Counted from the first letter of the stretch, positions 1-18,800 are shown. The stretch: 64,000 bases of DNA from the human T2T-CHM13v2.0 reference genome, Homo sapiens (GCF_009914755.1 NC_060925.1); one strand, 5' to 3'. Made by a program: numbers and translations. The notes: a model not told the origin generated them from the letters alone.

Positions 1-470
1 GAATTCTCAGCAAGACCAGGTACTTCTATAGAAGGGTGTGCCCTTACAGATGGAGCAATGGTGAGCGCACACTTGAACAAGGGAGGGGAAGGGTTCTTAT
101 CCCTGACACATGTGGCCCTTCCTGCTGTGTCATTCCCCTATTGGCTAGGGTTAGACCGCATGGGCTAAACTAATTCCAATTGGCTAATTTAAAGAGAATG
201 ATGGGGTGAGTGCTTTGGCAGAAGTCAGGGCAGAGCAGGTAGCAGGTAATCAGAATGAGTTAGGGTGGAGCAGCTGATCGGAATGAGTTAGGGTGGAGCA
301 GCTGATCCGAATGAGTTAGGGTGGAGTAGGTAATCAGAATGAGACAGGGTGGAGTAGGTAATCAAAAAAGGTTGCTTTATGAGGAAGTTAAATTTAAAAG
401 TAGAAGGCAAAGGATTGAACATACTGACATATTAATTATTTGAAAAGAAATTTAGAACTCATACCTAACA
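1..470 (-). mobile_element. 3' LTR (LTR10F-type) of HERV-IP10F provirus, truncated by window edge
   Basis: Minus strand begins TGTTAGGTATGAGTTCTAAATTTC at 470, matching the LTR10 5' end. Near-identical to 7562-8402, contains a 28-bp VNTR, and is preceded by a polypurine tract. Confidence 0.9.
253..364. repeat. 28-bp VNTR in 3' LTR, 4 units (GAATGAGTTAGGGTGGAGCAGCTGATCG-like)
   Basis: Units read directly at 253-280, 281-308, 309-336 and 337-364. Confidence 0.95.
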
Positions 471-482
471 ACCCCTCCCCTT
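471..482 (-). other. Retroviral polypurine tract
   Basis: Minus strand AAGGGGAGGGGT directly abuts the TG start of the 3' LTR. Confidence 0.85.
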
Positions 483-490
483 GTATTTCC

Positions 491-2460
491 TTACAGCTGT
501 CTTTTCAAACTTTTTTTTAACATGTCTTGCCTTAGTTGCTTTGCTTGATTTTCCAAAAGAAGAAGCTTCTCTGGGTAAGGTAGAGGATAGTTAAGGGATA
601 TTTTAATTAAGTGCTGTTTCAATGAGCCTCTGCACCAACCCACAGATGCATGGTGTGACATAGCACCTGACAAGAATAAGTACACCCATTACAGCTGTGA
701 GGGAAGTAAGAATTGAGGCTATTATTCTTTTCCATTTACCAAACCACTTTTCTAGCCATTCTGTAAAAGTGATCATTTACCCCTGAGTTGTTGGCTAACT
801 CATTGGACAGAGAAGTTAGACCTTGCAATGCCTTTGTTATACTTCCATTAAGGGTGATGTTGTTTGGGATGAAGGTGCAACATTGAGTTTTAATCATGAG
901 GCAAACTCCTCCGCTTTCTGCTAATATCATGTTTAAGGCTATCCTATTTTCCCAAGCCATCTGGCTAGTAGCCCCTAATTGTTCAGGTATTCCTTTAACA
1001 GCATCTCTAGTGTAGTTAATAGATCACCGTTGGTTGTAGATGTAGTTTATCCAATCTACATTTTTATTAATTGTCACCTACCAAAATATTGACTTGAATC
1101 CTGCAGCTATTTGATTTTGGGCTTTAAATTGATCTGGTATTCCCTGTGGGACTTTAATTGTGTCTAAATAGATGTGAGAGTCAAAAGACCTATAAGAGGC
1201 TTCTCTTGCTTTACGATGTTTTATTTTTCCTTCCTCTGGTTGATAAAATGCCAGAGTGAAAGGGATAGCCAATTGGACTAAAGCACAAGTGCCACTCCAG
1301 TTATTTGGGAGAGTGTCCAGTAAAGATCCACCACAATACCACCACACATCCACTCGGGGATGAACAAGGGCTGACTGATTGATAAGCTCTTGAAAATTCT
1401 TAAGCTCACTGCATCCCTTCAGGTCTCCAAGGAATACTAAGTTTCCTCCCTGTCATGAGAGACACAAAGTGAACTTTGTATTGGGAGATGGAAGCTGGAT
1501 GCCCTCGGGGGCTGACCCACAGGGTGCCGGACTTCAGGATATAGCAGAGAGAGAGCTTGGCATGACTTATTACTCCAGGCTGTAGAATCCTGGAAAAGAG
1601 CTACCATAAAGCCCATGCCTGGTCAACTGGAGGACCACCCTAGTGGTAAGGGGACAATCTGGGCCTCTGGCCTACCATGCACACAAGCATAACAATTGCT
1701 TTTGTTTAATGTGTGGAGGGAATATTTGATCCATTCCAACCAGGCATTTGCATCTTGGTATCCTAATTGCCAAAGTTTGTTTTAAGTCTAACTCCTATGA
1801 TAGCTATAGCTATCTTGGTCTTGTTGTTAGATGGAGGAGGAGCAATTTTTCCATTGTGAGAGGTTTTGGAAGAAGGCTTAGAGGAAGTTGCAGGGGGTGG
1901 GGGATCAAATAAATGCATTTCAAAGAATCTAATAGGGTTTGTCCCTGAAACCTCAGCCCCCATACCATAAAACCAGCTTAAAGAAGGGAACCGGCTTAGA
2001 AAAGGGGAAGAACTTTGAGGATTTCAGATAATGACCTGTATAGAATTACACTGGTTTAGCTGACAGTTAGCGGGGGAGGGCTGTTCCTTTAATAAAATGA
2101 ATGTATGGTTTTAGGAAATTACAAAAACCGGTTGGGGCAGTCCATTCTTGCTCTTTAGTGGTCCACAGAATGTTGGACCAACTACAGCATAAAAGCTCTA
2201 CATCAGGGAGCAAGACTCCTGATTGACACTGGGGTCTTTATTGAAATCTCCCCGGATTAAATGGTCCCAATTCACTAATGTCCAGCCTGAGGAGAGTCAG
2301 GAGGGACAGAGGTACTTTTCTGAAGTAGGGAGCCATCTTTGACTTGGCAAATCCCTACAGGGCATAACAAGGCAAACATTAAATGCAATAGTTCGAGGCA
2401 AAATTGACTTGGTTATGTTAATAACTAGATGGTCAGCAATAGAATGAGATAAGAAGAAAG
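491..2460 (-). pseudogene. Degenerate HERV-I-type env (SU and TM), with many stops and frameshifts
   Basis: Fragments show the ISD ENRIALNMILAESGGVC, a CX6CC motif (CLMIKTQCC), a furin site KHRKAR, WSGTCALVQL, and N-terminal CLVMPC..EKYLCP. Confidence 0.9.
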
Positions 2461-2559
2461 AGTAATAGGATAGATGAAAATTTAAAGTTAAATTTTTCTT
2501 AGCTTTAGTTTGGTAGGGTTTTCCCCTGGGACTATGGCCCACGACTCTAGAGGGGATGG

Positions 2560-5230
2560 TGCTTTCTTGACTTGGGTGTGATGAGTCCATCCCCTTCCTG
2601 CTGTACGAACAGCAGTCTTGGTGGTTAGCAGCACAAGTTAGAGTCATTCCTATGCTGGTTTGAGTTTTCCTTCTTTCCACCCTTTGATGAGAACATGATC
2701 CTCAGGCTGGTGCTGGTTTACCAAAAAATCTTGGGGTGGTACCTGTGCTAAAAGACTTAGTTTTGAGGGAAAGGAAAGTGAAGGATAAACCAAGTATATA
2801 ATTTCTAAGAAATTGACCTTTTGTTTTAAATGTGGAGACATCAGCAGTGGACTTTATAGTCCTTGGTGCCTTCTTACTGAGAAATTTCCTTTAGCACCTA
2901 TTTTTATTAGTTTTTAGACCAAAGAAAGCCAAATGCCATTTTATATTTGACAATGCTTCCTGTATGATTTTTATACCAGATAAGCTAAATTTCACCTTTA
3001 TATTAGTGTGTTATTAATGTTAAACTTAATTTTAATACAACCTTGTAGACATATTTATCCAATTTTTAATGTCTGACCAGAAGGTAAGATTTTTATAGAC
3101 TTTTTTTAACCTTTTATAATTTTTGTTACAGAGCAGGTTAGTGCTTTAAGAAAAACCTGTTGTGCTTTTAATGTCCAGTTCACAGAAAAACTGGATGACA
3201 CCCCCTTAACTTTAGCCAATATGTTTACACACAGAATTTCCTTTACAATTAATGTTTTAAAACTTGCTTAAACCTTTAAAACAAAATATATACTTTTTAA
3301 CCTTTTAATGTAGGTAAAAATCCACATTCTTATGCATCCTTATAATCCTTTTACCAAAAGTATATTTTACTTTCCTTACACACCTTGCACATAAACTGTT
3401 TCTTCAATAGTTTTACATTCAGGAGGCCTAATTACTTTTAAATTATACAACATTTCTTGCATAAATTCCCTTTTATAATTTTTTTTCCTGACTTTCACAG
3501 ACAATTCTTTGACACGCCTCAACTTTCTGACTTGTCACAAACATCCCTTTTATTTAAACAACCAGTTAATTTATTTTAGGACAAGAATTTACCATATAAC
3601 ATCCCTTTTTATATAAATTCTACCCCCCCCCCCACCCCTTTTTTCTTCTCTGAAGATAACTATTCTTTTCCAAAGCAAACTTCCTTCATGTCTGTGGACT
3701 AGACTGTCTAAGGCCACAAGATTAGAAGTTAGGATAATACATGTTAACTTTTAGCAAACTTTACTTTTGCTGAAAACCTTGTAAGTTTGGGATTTCAATT
3801 ATTCTTTATTATTAATACGACCTTGTTTTTAGTCCAAATTAACTTAGAATTTGTACAGATGGTTCCTTCCTGGTTCTGTATTTTGAGGCTTGGCTGAGTG
3901 CAAACAGCTCGCACATTTGAGCAGACCAATTATTAGGTAATTTTCCTAACTCTGCTTCTACAAGAGTTTCCTTATCACTTACTGAATACCGATTGTGTCT
4001 TCTTCCCTCAATCACCTGGGAGGAAACATCTATCATCCTGTCCTGAAGGGAGTTCCTCCTAGGTCTGGTCGGACCTTTGTATAGTAATTAAGATTTAGAT
4101 CCCCTGCTAGGAAACCTGCTGGGTTAAGGGAATTTTTAGTGGTTAATGTTGAATCTTTTTTTTTTTTTTTTTTTAACAGAATTGCCTCATACTTTCTTCT
4201 GTTAGCAAAGCAGTTGTCGCTACAGATTGAATGTATTTGGGCCATCTACGGGTTATTGGGTTAAGGATTTTTGATAGGAAGGGTACGGGTTGTCAGTGTC
4301 CTCAGTGCTTTCGGGCTATGCCCTTGTTTACACTGACAACAAGGTGGTATTGGAGTGTTACAGGGTCACAGAGAAGACCTTCAATTACCAATTATGGGTT
4401 TTTAATTTACCCTGGTTTTTAAAGGAATAGGGTACACTGTTTTTTCTTTACTACATCTTTCTTTCTCTCTGACTTTCTGTCTCTCTTTCTCTCTCTGACT
4501 CCCTCTCTCTCTCTGACTCCCTCTCTCTCTCTCTGCCTCTTCCTCTCTCTCTCTGCCTCTTCCTCTCTCTGCCTCTTCCTCTCTCTCTGCCTCTTCCTCT
4601 CTCTCTCTGCCTCTTCCTCTACCTCTTCCTCTCTCTACCTCTTCCTCTCTCTCTCTGCCTCTTCCTCTCTCTGCCTCTTCCTCTTTGCCTCTTCCTCTCT
4701 CTCCCTCTCTCTCCCTCTCTGCCTCTTCCTCTCTCTCTCTCTGCCTCTTCCTCTCTCTCTCTCTGCCTCTTCCTCTCTCTCTCTCTCCGCCTCTTCCTCT
4801 TTCTGCCTCTTTCCTCTCTCTCTTTCTGCCTCTTTCCTCTCTCTCTTTCTGCCTCTTTCCTCTCTCTCTTTCTGCCTCTTTCCTCTCTCTCTTTCTGCCT
4901 CTTTCCTCTCTCTCTTTCTGCCTCTTTCCTCTCTGTCTCTCTCTCTCTTTCTGCCTCTTTCCTCTCTGTCTCTCTCTCTCTCCCCTTTCTGCTGGTCTTT
5001 CCCTGCCTGTGCCAGCTGCTTATGCTGTTCTCCCCTCTCCTTCCCCTTTTACCTCGGAAACTAAAAGTTCCTCTGAGGAGGAGACAACATTAGACGGGGG
5101 GTTGGGGGGAACAAACAGAGGAGCAAGCAGCGCCTGAATCGACTAAAAAGGTGATAAGCTCATGTTTAGGGCCCACCTCCAAATTTATCAAGGGCTCCTG
5201 CTGGGACTCAAGATAAAAAAGACAGAGCCC
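2560..5230 (-). pseudogene. Fragmented pro/pol: protease N-terminus, RT connection and RNase H pieces, integrase C-terminus; RT core and IN core missing
   Basis: FLVDSGAACS at about 5120-5150; QPVPFLSKILNPITRRWP at about 4240-4295; RNase H-like ORF 3839-4036; IN C-terminal HQPEDHVLIKGW at about 2680-2715. Confidence 0.8.
4456..5050. repeat. Long CT-rich (polypyrimidine) compound microsatellite
   Basis: Repeated CTCTGCCTCTTCCT and CTTTCTGCCTCTTTCCT units. Confidence 0.95.
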
Positions 5231-5239
5231 CTGACCCCC

Positions 5240-6957
5240 CTACTCTTCCTCTAAAGTCATGAGTGGAAGGGCTTCTTTCTCCTTTCTTAGTTCAGGACAT
5301 CCTCTCTTGAAGTGGCCTGTTTTTCCACATCTATAGCACCTATCTTGTCCTTCCTCCCTCTTAGTTCTGGGATTCTTTAACCCTGCTCCCCCATACTCTT
5401 TAGGGGGCCTGGTAGATGAGGACCTTGGTCCTCCAGATAGAGGCTGGGGTCATTTAAAAGAGGGTTCGGACCCTTTATAGTTTCTGGCTCCCTGGAAGCT
5501 CTGTCTAGACGTACCTGGGTTTGGAGCCATCTGTTGGAAGGTGGAAAACATAAGTTTTGTCTTTTTTTTTCTCTTTTTCTTCATCCCTTTTCATGTATAC
5601 TTTCTGAGCTTCCCTGAGAAGCTCACTTAGAGGACGGTCTTCCCAATTGTCTATTTTTGTAACTTTTTTGAAATATCTGGCCAACTTTTAGTGACAAATT
5701 GGAGTTTCAACATTCCTTGCCCAAGGGGATCATCCAAATTGAGGCCTGCACATTGCCTCATTTGCTCCCTCAGTCTGTCTAGGAATCTCATAGGCCCTTC
5801 GTCCTTTTCCTGTTGTATATCAAGTGCTTTAGAAAGATTTCGAGTTCAGGGTACTTATTCCCAAATTCCTTTTATTATTATCTCCCTTACATTCTGCATA
5901 TTTTCCCGGTGATCTGCGTTGTTATTGTCCCACTGGGGGTCTCGGGTGGAGAATTTCTGGCCTGTGGTAGGAATGTTTTCATCAGGAGGGTGCTCACATT
6001 CCTGAACTACCATAGCAGCCCTACAAATCATACTCCTTTCTTCCTCTGAAAAGAGGATGCCCAAGATGGACAGTAACTCGACCCAAGTGTATAACTGAGG
6101 TCCTAAGAATTGGTCAATTTGGTCTGCCACTCCATAAGGGTCATCTAGTGGCAGTTTAAGCTCCTTTTTAAAATTTCAGACTTACAAAGCCAATGCCTGC
6201 CCCCCGCCCCCCCCCCCCCCCCCCCCCCCGACCTCCCTTGTGGTACCTCTTTCAAAGGGAAGAGGGTCGGGGCTGACCTCTTAGGTACAGAAGGAACTGG
6301 GAAATTCTAAATATCTTTTTTACATTGTTCTACCTCATGCTGGAGTCCTTTTAGAGAGGGGTCTTTAGGTTGGGAGGGAACAGGCTGGTGGCACAGTAAT
6401 TCCCAAGAGTCAGGGTTATAAGGAGGAGGGATAATGTGAGTAGAGGGGGAATTTGGAATGGGATCTGAGGCAGCAGTGGCTGTTTGAGGGGAAAGATCGG
6501 GGACACTGAGTGGGGGAAGATACTCTAGGGGATCCCACGTGCTGGAATCTTTAGGCATGAGAGCTGGCTCCTCTGACTTTTCATTTTGAGGTGCCAGATT
6601 TGGTTCTTCCCTATTTGTTTTTAAGGGAAAAAGGAGGGCAGGTCCTTGCCTCCAACAAAGGGCATAGCCTAGTTCTTCTTGAGATACTGGACTTTTATCA
6701 TTAACATATCAGATTAGAAACTGACACATTACATACTCATTCTACCCAAACTTTGGCCAGAAGATTGAGGTATTGAGGATGGGTCCCTGAGTCCAAATAA
6801 AACAGCAATATTTTAACATTTGTTGCTTTTTCCTATGTTTAGTCCTCTCATTATCTTTCCAGTGTTTTCGCATGAGACCTAGGGGGCTATACAGTGGAAT
6901 ATCTTCGTTACCATCTTTATCCCCCTTACTCCCTGTCTTGCTTGGGGTATTTCCCAT
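5240..6957 (-). pseudogene. Degenerate gammaretroviral gag
   Basis: MGNTPSK myristoylation-type start at 6957; PPPY late domain; capsid-like fragments; CCHC knuckle CYRCGKTGHFKRGC at 5297-5338; TAG stop at 5240-5242. Confidence 0.9.
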
Positions 6958-6986
6958 CTTGATGGTTTTGGGGTAAGGTTCAAGGT

Positions 6987-7145
6987 TCAATTTCCCCTAC
7001 TGGAAATTTCTCACCTTTTGGGGTAAGCCTCAATTTCCCCACTGGGATTTTTGCCTTTTGGGGTGGGGCTCAATTTCCCCACTGGAAATTTCTTGCCTTT
7101 TGGGGTGAGGCTCAATTTCCTCCATGGGAAATTTCTCACCTTTTC
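6987..7145. repeat. About 40-bp tandem repeat (about 4 copies) in proviral leader
   Basis: CAATTTCCCC(T)ACTGGAAATTTCT..CCTTTTGGGGT repeated. Confidence 0.85.
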
Positions 7146-7540
7146 TACTATGGAGGTTTGTGTGAGGTTCAATCCCCCCCAGTGGGGATGTCTCACCTCT
7201 TTTTAACCTCTAAGCCACCCCAACCAAGGAGTACTTCACTGCCCCACCCCCCACGGCTTTCTTACCTTGGTCCTGACCACCAGGGAAATACTTTACTGGC
7301 TCCCACGGCTTCTCCTTCCTTGGTCCATGCCCAGAGTCATTGCTGCAGTATGTGAGGATCCTTTAAGCTAGGTTGCTGGCCAGTTTTTTGTTTTGGTTTG
7401 GTTTTTTCTGTGTTGCTGAGAGCTCAGGTTATTCCTCGCACTGGGTGGGTCTTGATTTCTCACCCCTGAGGCCGCCACAAGGGGGCGGGGCACACCTCCT
7501 CACGAGAGTGAACCAGAGACCGTCCCCAGAGGGAAATGTA

Positions 7541-7558
7541 ATCACAGGCGAGCCCCCA
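7541..7558 (-). other. Primer binding site, tRNA-Pro
   Basis: Minus strand TGGGGGCTCGCCTGTGAT matches the Pro PBS TGGGGGCTCGTCCGGGAT at 15/18, 3 nt after the LTR end. Confidence 0.9.
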
Positions 7559-7561
7559 AAT

Positions 7562-8402
<841 letters not shown>

Positions 8403-8735
8403 GTGGTCAGAGCACAGTTTGGTTTTATACATTTTAGGGAGACATGAGACATTAATCAACATATGTAAGATGAACATTGGTTCCGTCTGGAAAGGTGGGA
8501 CAACTCAAAGTGGGGAGGGAGCTTCCAGGTCATAGGTAGGTAAGAGACAAATTGTTGCATTCTTTTGAGTTTCTGATTAATCTCTCCAAAGGAGGCAATG
8601 AGATATGCATTTATCTCAGTGAGCAGAGGGGTGACTTTGAATAGAATGGGAGGCAGATTTGCCCTAAGCAGTTCCCAGCTTGACTTTTCCCTTTAGCTTA
8701 GTGATTTTGGGGGCCCAAGATATTTTCCTTTCACA
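8403..8735 (-). mobile_element. MER4A-type LTR, 5' part (target of the provirus)
   Basis: Minus strand starts TGTGAAAGGAAAATATCTTGGGCCCCC. Colinear with the intact copy at 27357-27802 until cut by the LTR10 end. Confidence 0.85.
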
Positions 8736-9155
8736 CTTTGACACAGGGAAGATGATGCTGACAATCAGAAGGCTGTGTTTCTGAGAACTGATGCTGCTTC
8801 ATTTCAAAAACATAAACAGTGAGAAGCAATGCTTTTACTAAAACATGAATAAAAAATCATTACCACTATATCTGAGTGTTTAACATGTGCTTCTAGTGAA
8901 AGTTAAGAAGTGGCAAATGAGTCAGGGCCTGGAACATGAGGGTTAAACAGGGCATTACCCACCTGAGCTCTTTCTCTCAGGTTTTCTGGGGAATCAGTGA
9001 TTATTTCACCAGGCAGCATCACTCTTCTCCTTGTTCATCTGTGTGAAACCACGTTCACCCTAATCCAACCCAGGCAAGACAATACAACATGATAGTGACA
9101 GCCCTGGCTTTGTGGTTCTGTTCTTATATTTTAACGTTAAAAATATGAATTTCTT

Positions 9156-9460
9156 GGCCGGTCATGGTGGCTCACACCTGTAATCCCAGTACTTTGGGAG
9201 GCCAAGGGATGGGGGGCCGGGGGGGTGGATCAACAGAGGTCAGGAGCTTGACACCAGCCTGGCCAACAATGGTGAAACTCCATCTCTACTAAAAATACAA
9301 AAATTAGCCAGGCATGGTGGCAAGTGCCTGTAATCTCAGCTACTTGGGAGGCTGAGGCAGGAGAATAGCTGGAACCTGAGAGGTTGCAGTGAGCTGAGAT
9401 CATGCCATTGCACTTCAGCCCAGGTGACAACAGCAAGACTCCACCTCAAAAAAAAAAAGA
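9156..9460 (+). mobile_element. AluS
   Basis: Alu dimer with A-tail and TSD GAATTTCTT. Confidence 0.9.
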
Positions 9461-10290
9461 ATTTCTTGTTAATTTCCCCATTTGTAGCACTATTCTATTT
9501 TGTTATGTTATTCTTTGTTATTCTTTCTATCTCTCTATCCATCTATCTCCCTATTCATCCAGATGGAAAACAAGCACTGGTTATAGACATGGATAAATAT
9601 GCATGCATATTCATGCTGGCAAATGCATAACCACTTGCATTTAATCCAGAACACAGCTTTAAAGCCAGATTAAATCATGGCTTCAATGCTCATTAGTTGT
9701 GAGACCATCAACCATCAACATCTCATTTTCACCTATGTAATGATATACTTTCTTCTATCTAAAGGATGTGGACAACATAGAATAAAAACATATCCAAGAA
9801 AATAGAACTACCAAATGCAGTTCAAATAAAGAGAGAGTGAAGTAGGACCAATTATATGGATATAAAGAGATGTCACAGAATTCCAAAATAAGAGGTTAAG
9901 TGCACCCAGTCCTCAGAAGGACTCTGTTCTCTAGCTTTTTCTTTGCTCATTGATTTCTTCTGATTACTGGTCTGCTAGGCATAAATTTCCTTAGCCCCCA
10001 CATCTATAAAACCTCACAGTCCACTGCCCATCAGTAACTTTTATTTTTAATACCAAATTACTGGAAGAGCAATCTGGCTGGTTTAACTTATCTGCTTTGA
10101 GTGAAGGCATCTATGCCATAGGTTGCTGGCTAGAAAAGGGCTGCCACTGGGTTAGATTTCTGCCCATTGGCAAATAAGTTATGGTTGGAGCGGGAAAGGA
10201 GGAGTATCCCAGGGAAATAGCACTGTCTAAGGCACTATTTCTCAGAGGTAGCTATGTATAGCAGACAATAATTTCAAGGGCCAAGTGTAG

Positions 10291-10632
<342 letters not shown>

Positions 10633-10686
10633 TAAACCAGATGGAAGGTAGTGTTTTCTTGACTTTTAACCATGAAACTTAAGAAG

Positions 10687-10687
<1 letters not shown>

Positions 10688-10734
<47 letters not shown>

Positions 10735-10985
10735 TCAATAGCTTTAGAGGTATGTGTGGTTTTTGGTTACATGGATGAATTGTATAGTGGTGAATCTGGA
10801 ATTTTAGGATACTTGTCACTTGAATAGTGTACATTGTACCCAATACACAGTTTTGCATCCCTCACCTCCTACCCACTCTTCCCCCTTCAGGGTCTCCAAT
10901 GTCCATTATACCATTTTGTATGCCTTTGTGTACCCACAGCTTAGCTCCCACTTACAAGTGCGAACCTGCAGTATTTGGTTTTCCA
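10688..10985 (-). mobile_element. Short L1 3'-end fragment with (TAA)n tail
   Basis: (TTA)n then an L1PB/MA-like 3' UTR, flanked by an approximately 20-bp TSD (TAACCATGAAACTTAAGAAG / TAACCATGGAATTTAAGGAG). Confidence 0.8.
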
Positions 10986-11344
10986 TAACCATGGAATTTA
11001 AGGAGGGAGTTCTAGATGTCCAATGAATTGTCTACTTCTCTTGTATTATTTTTATTAGGAAATTTTTCAATTACACAGAAAACAACAGATTCTAATATAA
11101 CTGAACATCTGAATTTAAAAGACATTTATTAGTTGTAATATTTTTCAAATCATTTTAATAATATGAATGAAATATTACTGGTAAAATTGAGAAATTTTAT
11201 TGTCATTTTCAGTTCTCTGGCCCTTCCTACCTATGTTAACAAAATCACTATCATCCTTATATCATGTGTATATTCTTCAATCATGCTATTATAATTTTGT
11301 CACGTTAATGTGTATTCCTAAGCAATGTATGGTATTTTAAATGC

Positions 11345-12955
11345 TTTCTTTTTTAAGTATATTTTAATTTTTATTTTAGATTCAGGAGTACATGTGCAGG
11401 TTTGTTAGGTGGGTATATAACATGATGCTGAGGCTTGGTGTATGAGTGATCCTGTCACCCAGGTAGTGAACACAGTACCCAATAGGTAGTTTTTCAGCCC
11501 TTGCTCCCATCCCTCCTTCCCTCCTCTAGTATTCCCCAGTGTTTATTGTTGCCATCTTTATGTCCATGTGTATTCAATGTTCAGCTCCCCCTTATAAGTG
11601 AGAACATGCAGTATTTGGTTTTCTGTTCCTGTGTTAATTCACTTAGGATATTGGCTTGGACCGCATCCACGTTGCTGCAAAGGACATGATATCACTCTTT
11701 CTTATGGTGCCATAGTATTCCGTGGTGTATATGTACTATATTTTCTTCATCCAATCCATCAATGATGGGCACCTATGTTGATTCCATGTCTCTGCTATTG
11801 TGACTAGTGCTGCGATAAGCATATGAGTGTGTGTGTCTTTTTGGCAGAATGTTTTATGATCCTTTGGGTATATACCCAGTAGTAGGATTGCTGGGTTGAA
11901 TGGCAGTTCTGTTTTAGGTCCTTTGAGAAGTCTCCAACTTCTTTCCACACTGGCTGAACTAGTTGACATTCCCACCAACAGCGTATAAGCCCCAGTCTTC
12001 CATAGCACTCCCAGGCCTATTAGGACAAGGAAATTCCCACCCAGTAAATTTTAGCCAGACCGGTTATCTGCTCTTAAACCCTGTCTCCTGATAAGATGTT
12101 ATCCATGACAATGCATGCCCAAAACTTCATTACCAATTTTAATTTCACCCTGGTACTCTGCCCCCATTTGCCTTGTGATATTTTATTGCCTTGTGAAGCA
12201 TGTGATCTCTGTGACCCACACCCTATTCGTACACTCCCTCCCCTTTGAAAATCAGTAATAAAAACTTGCTGGTTTTATGGCTCAGGGGGCATGAAGGAAA
12301 CTGCCAACATGTGATGTCTCCCCCGGACACCCAGCTTTAAAATTTCTCTCTTTTGTACTCTTTCCCTGTATTTCTCAGACTGGCTGATACTTAGGGAAAC
12401 AGAAAAGAACCGACGTGAAATATTGGGGGTGGTTCCCCTGATAGGTCCCACATGTCAATTTTTGTTCTTGTTACAATTGCTTTTGAGGACTTAGTCATAA
12501 ATTATTTGCCAAGGCCAGTGTCCAGAATGACATTTCCTTTCTTCTAGGATTTTTATAGTTTTAGGTCTCACATTTAAGCCTTTAATCCATCTTGAGTAAA
12601 TTTTTGTCTATGGTGAAACATAGGATTCCAGATTCAATCATCTGCTTAGGGCTAGCCAGTTATCCCAGTACCATTTACTGAATAGGGAGCCCTTTTCTCA
12701 TTGTTTGTTTTTGCTGATTTTGTCAAAGATCAGGTGGTTGTAGGTGTGTGGCTTTATTTCTGGGTTCTCTATTCTGTTCCATTGGTCTATGGGTCTGTTT
12801 TTGACCAATACCATGCTGTTTCGGTTACTGTAGCCTTGTAGTATAGTTTGAAGTTGAGTAATGTGATGCAGCCAGCTTTGTTCTTTTTGCTTAGGATTGC
12901 TTTTGCTATTAGGGCTCTTTTTTGGTTTCATATGAATTTAAGAATAGTTTTTTCT
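11345..12955 (-). mobile_element. Older L1 (L1PA13-16/L1PB-like) 3' part, split by MER11
   Basis: 3' UTR and ORF2 C-terminal remnants (ELPFNPAILLLGIYPK; [15 protein letters not shown]). Confidence 0.85.
12003..12443 (+). mobile_element. MER11-type (HERV-K11) LTR, 3' half
   Basis: AATAAAAACTTGCTGG...CCCCCGGACACCCAGCTTTAAAATTTCTCTC...GGTTCCCCTGATA end. Confidence 0.75.
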
Positions 12956-12959
12956 ATTC

Positions 12960-17990
<5,031 letters not shown>

Positions 17991-18199
17991 TTAAAAATTA
18001 GAATTAAATTAAAAATTTTAATTTTTGTTAGTGACTTAAAAATCATCATTTTATGATTCGAAGCTCACAATAATAATATAAGATAGAGTGAAAATTAAAA
18101 ATCAAAGATAACTAGAAATTCAACAGGCAAAGGAGTGGTAATGGCATTCAAAAGAAACATAAAAGGGCATGAAGGCACAAAATAAGTTACAAAGTACAC

Positions 18200-18800
18200 T
18201 GGTGAACACGTAAGTGTTTGAAATAGCAGAAAAGTGTATGGTTGGGGCAGAGGCAAGAGATGTGGTTACCTGGATTGGAAAAGATCAGACAGCAACATGA
18301 TCTTGGAGGGGGATGAGACAGCAGGCACAGAGAGAAGCCAAGAGTGGCTCTCTGGCTTCTATCTTGGGTGACTAGGTAGCCTATGATTTTCTAATTAGAA
18401 GATTTTGAAGATCAGGGTTAAAATCAGGATGATGAATGCAGGCTTAGACAACTAGAGGTAGAAGTATCAATGTACCTCCAGCCAACATATATTTGAATTC
18501 AAAGTTCAGCAGATATGACTGAGATATAAAAATAGATTTCAGAGTATCATCATATAGGGGGTAGCTAAAACCTTCAAAGAGGATGGGCTCCAAAGCCACC
18601 CAAGGTGAGTGTTTATAAGGAGAAGAAAAGAGGGCTAAAGGCAGAGCCTTGGGGAACAACTACATTTAGGGAGAAGGCAAAGGAAGATAGGGAAAAATCA
18701 TTAGAGAATAAACAGCTTTAGGTGAATGTGGCAACATAGAAGCCAAGGAAGAAGGAGAAGGAGGAAGGAGGAAGGTAGGGGGTAAGTGCCATGATGTCAG
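18200..18800 (+). mobile_element. L2 remnant
   Basis: Purine-rich L2-like motifs (CCAAGGTGAGTG...GCAGAGCCTTGGGGAACAACTACATTTAGGG). Confidence 0.6.

Noticed and set aside
253-364. Regularly spaced repeats resembling a CRISPR array
   Set aside because: Tandem LTR VNTR with no unique spacers, in mammalian DNA.
4685-5137. 150-aa Ser/Leu-rich ORF
   Set aside because: Translation of the CT microsatellite; no real start context.
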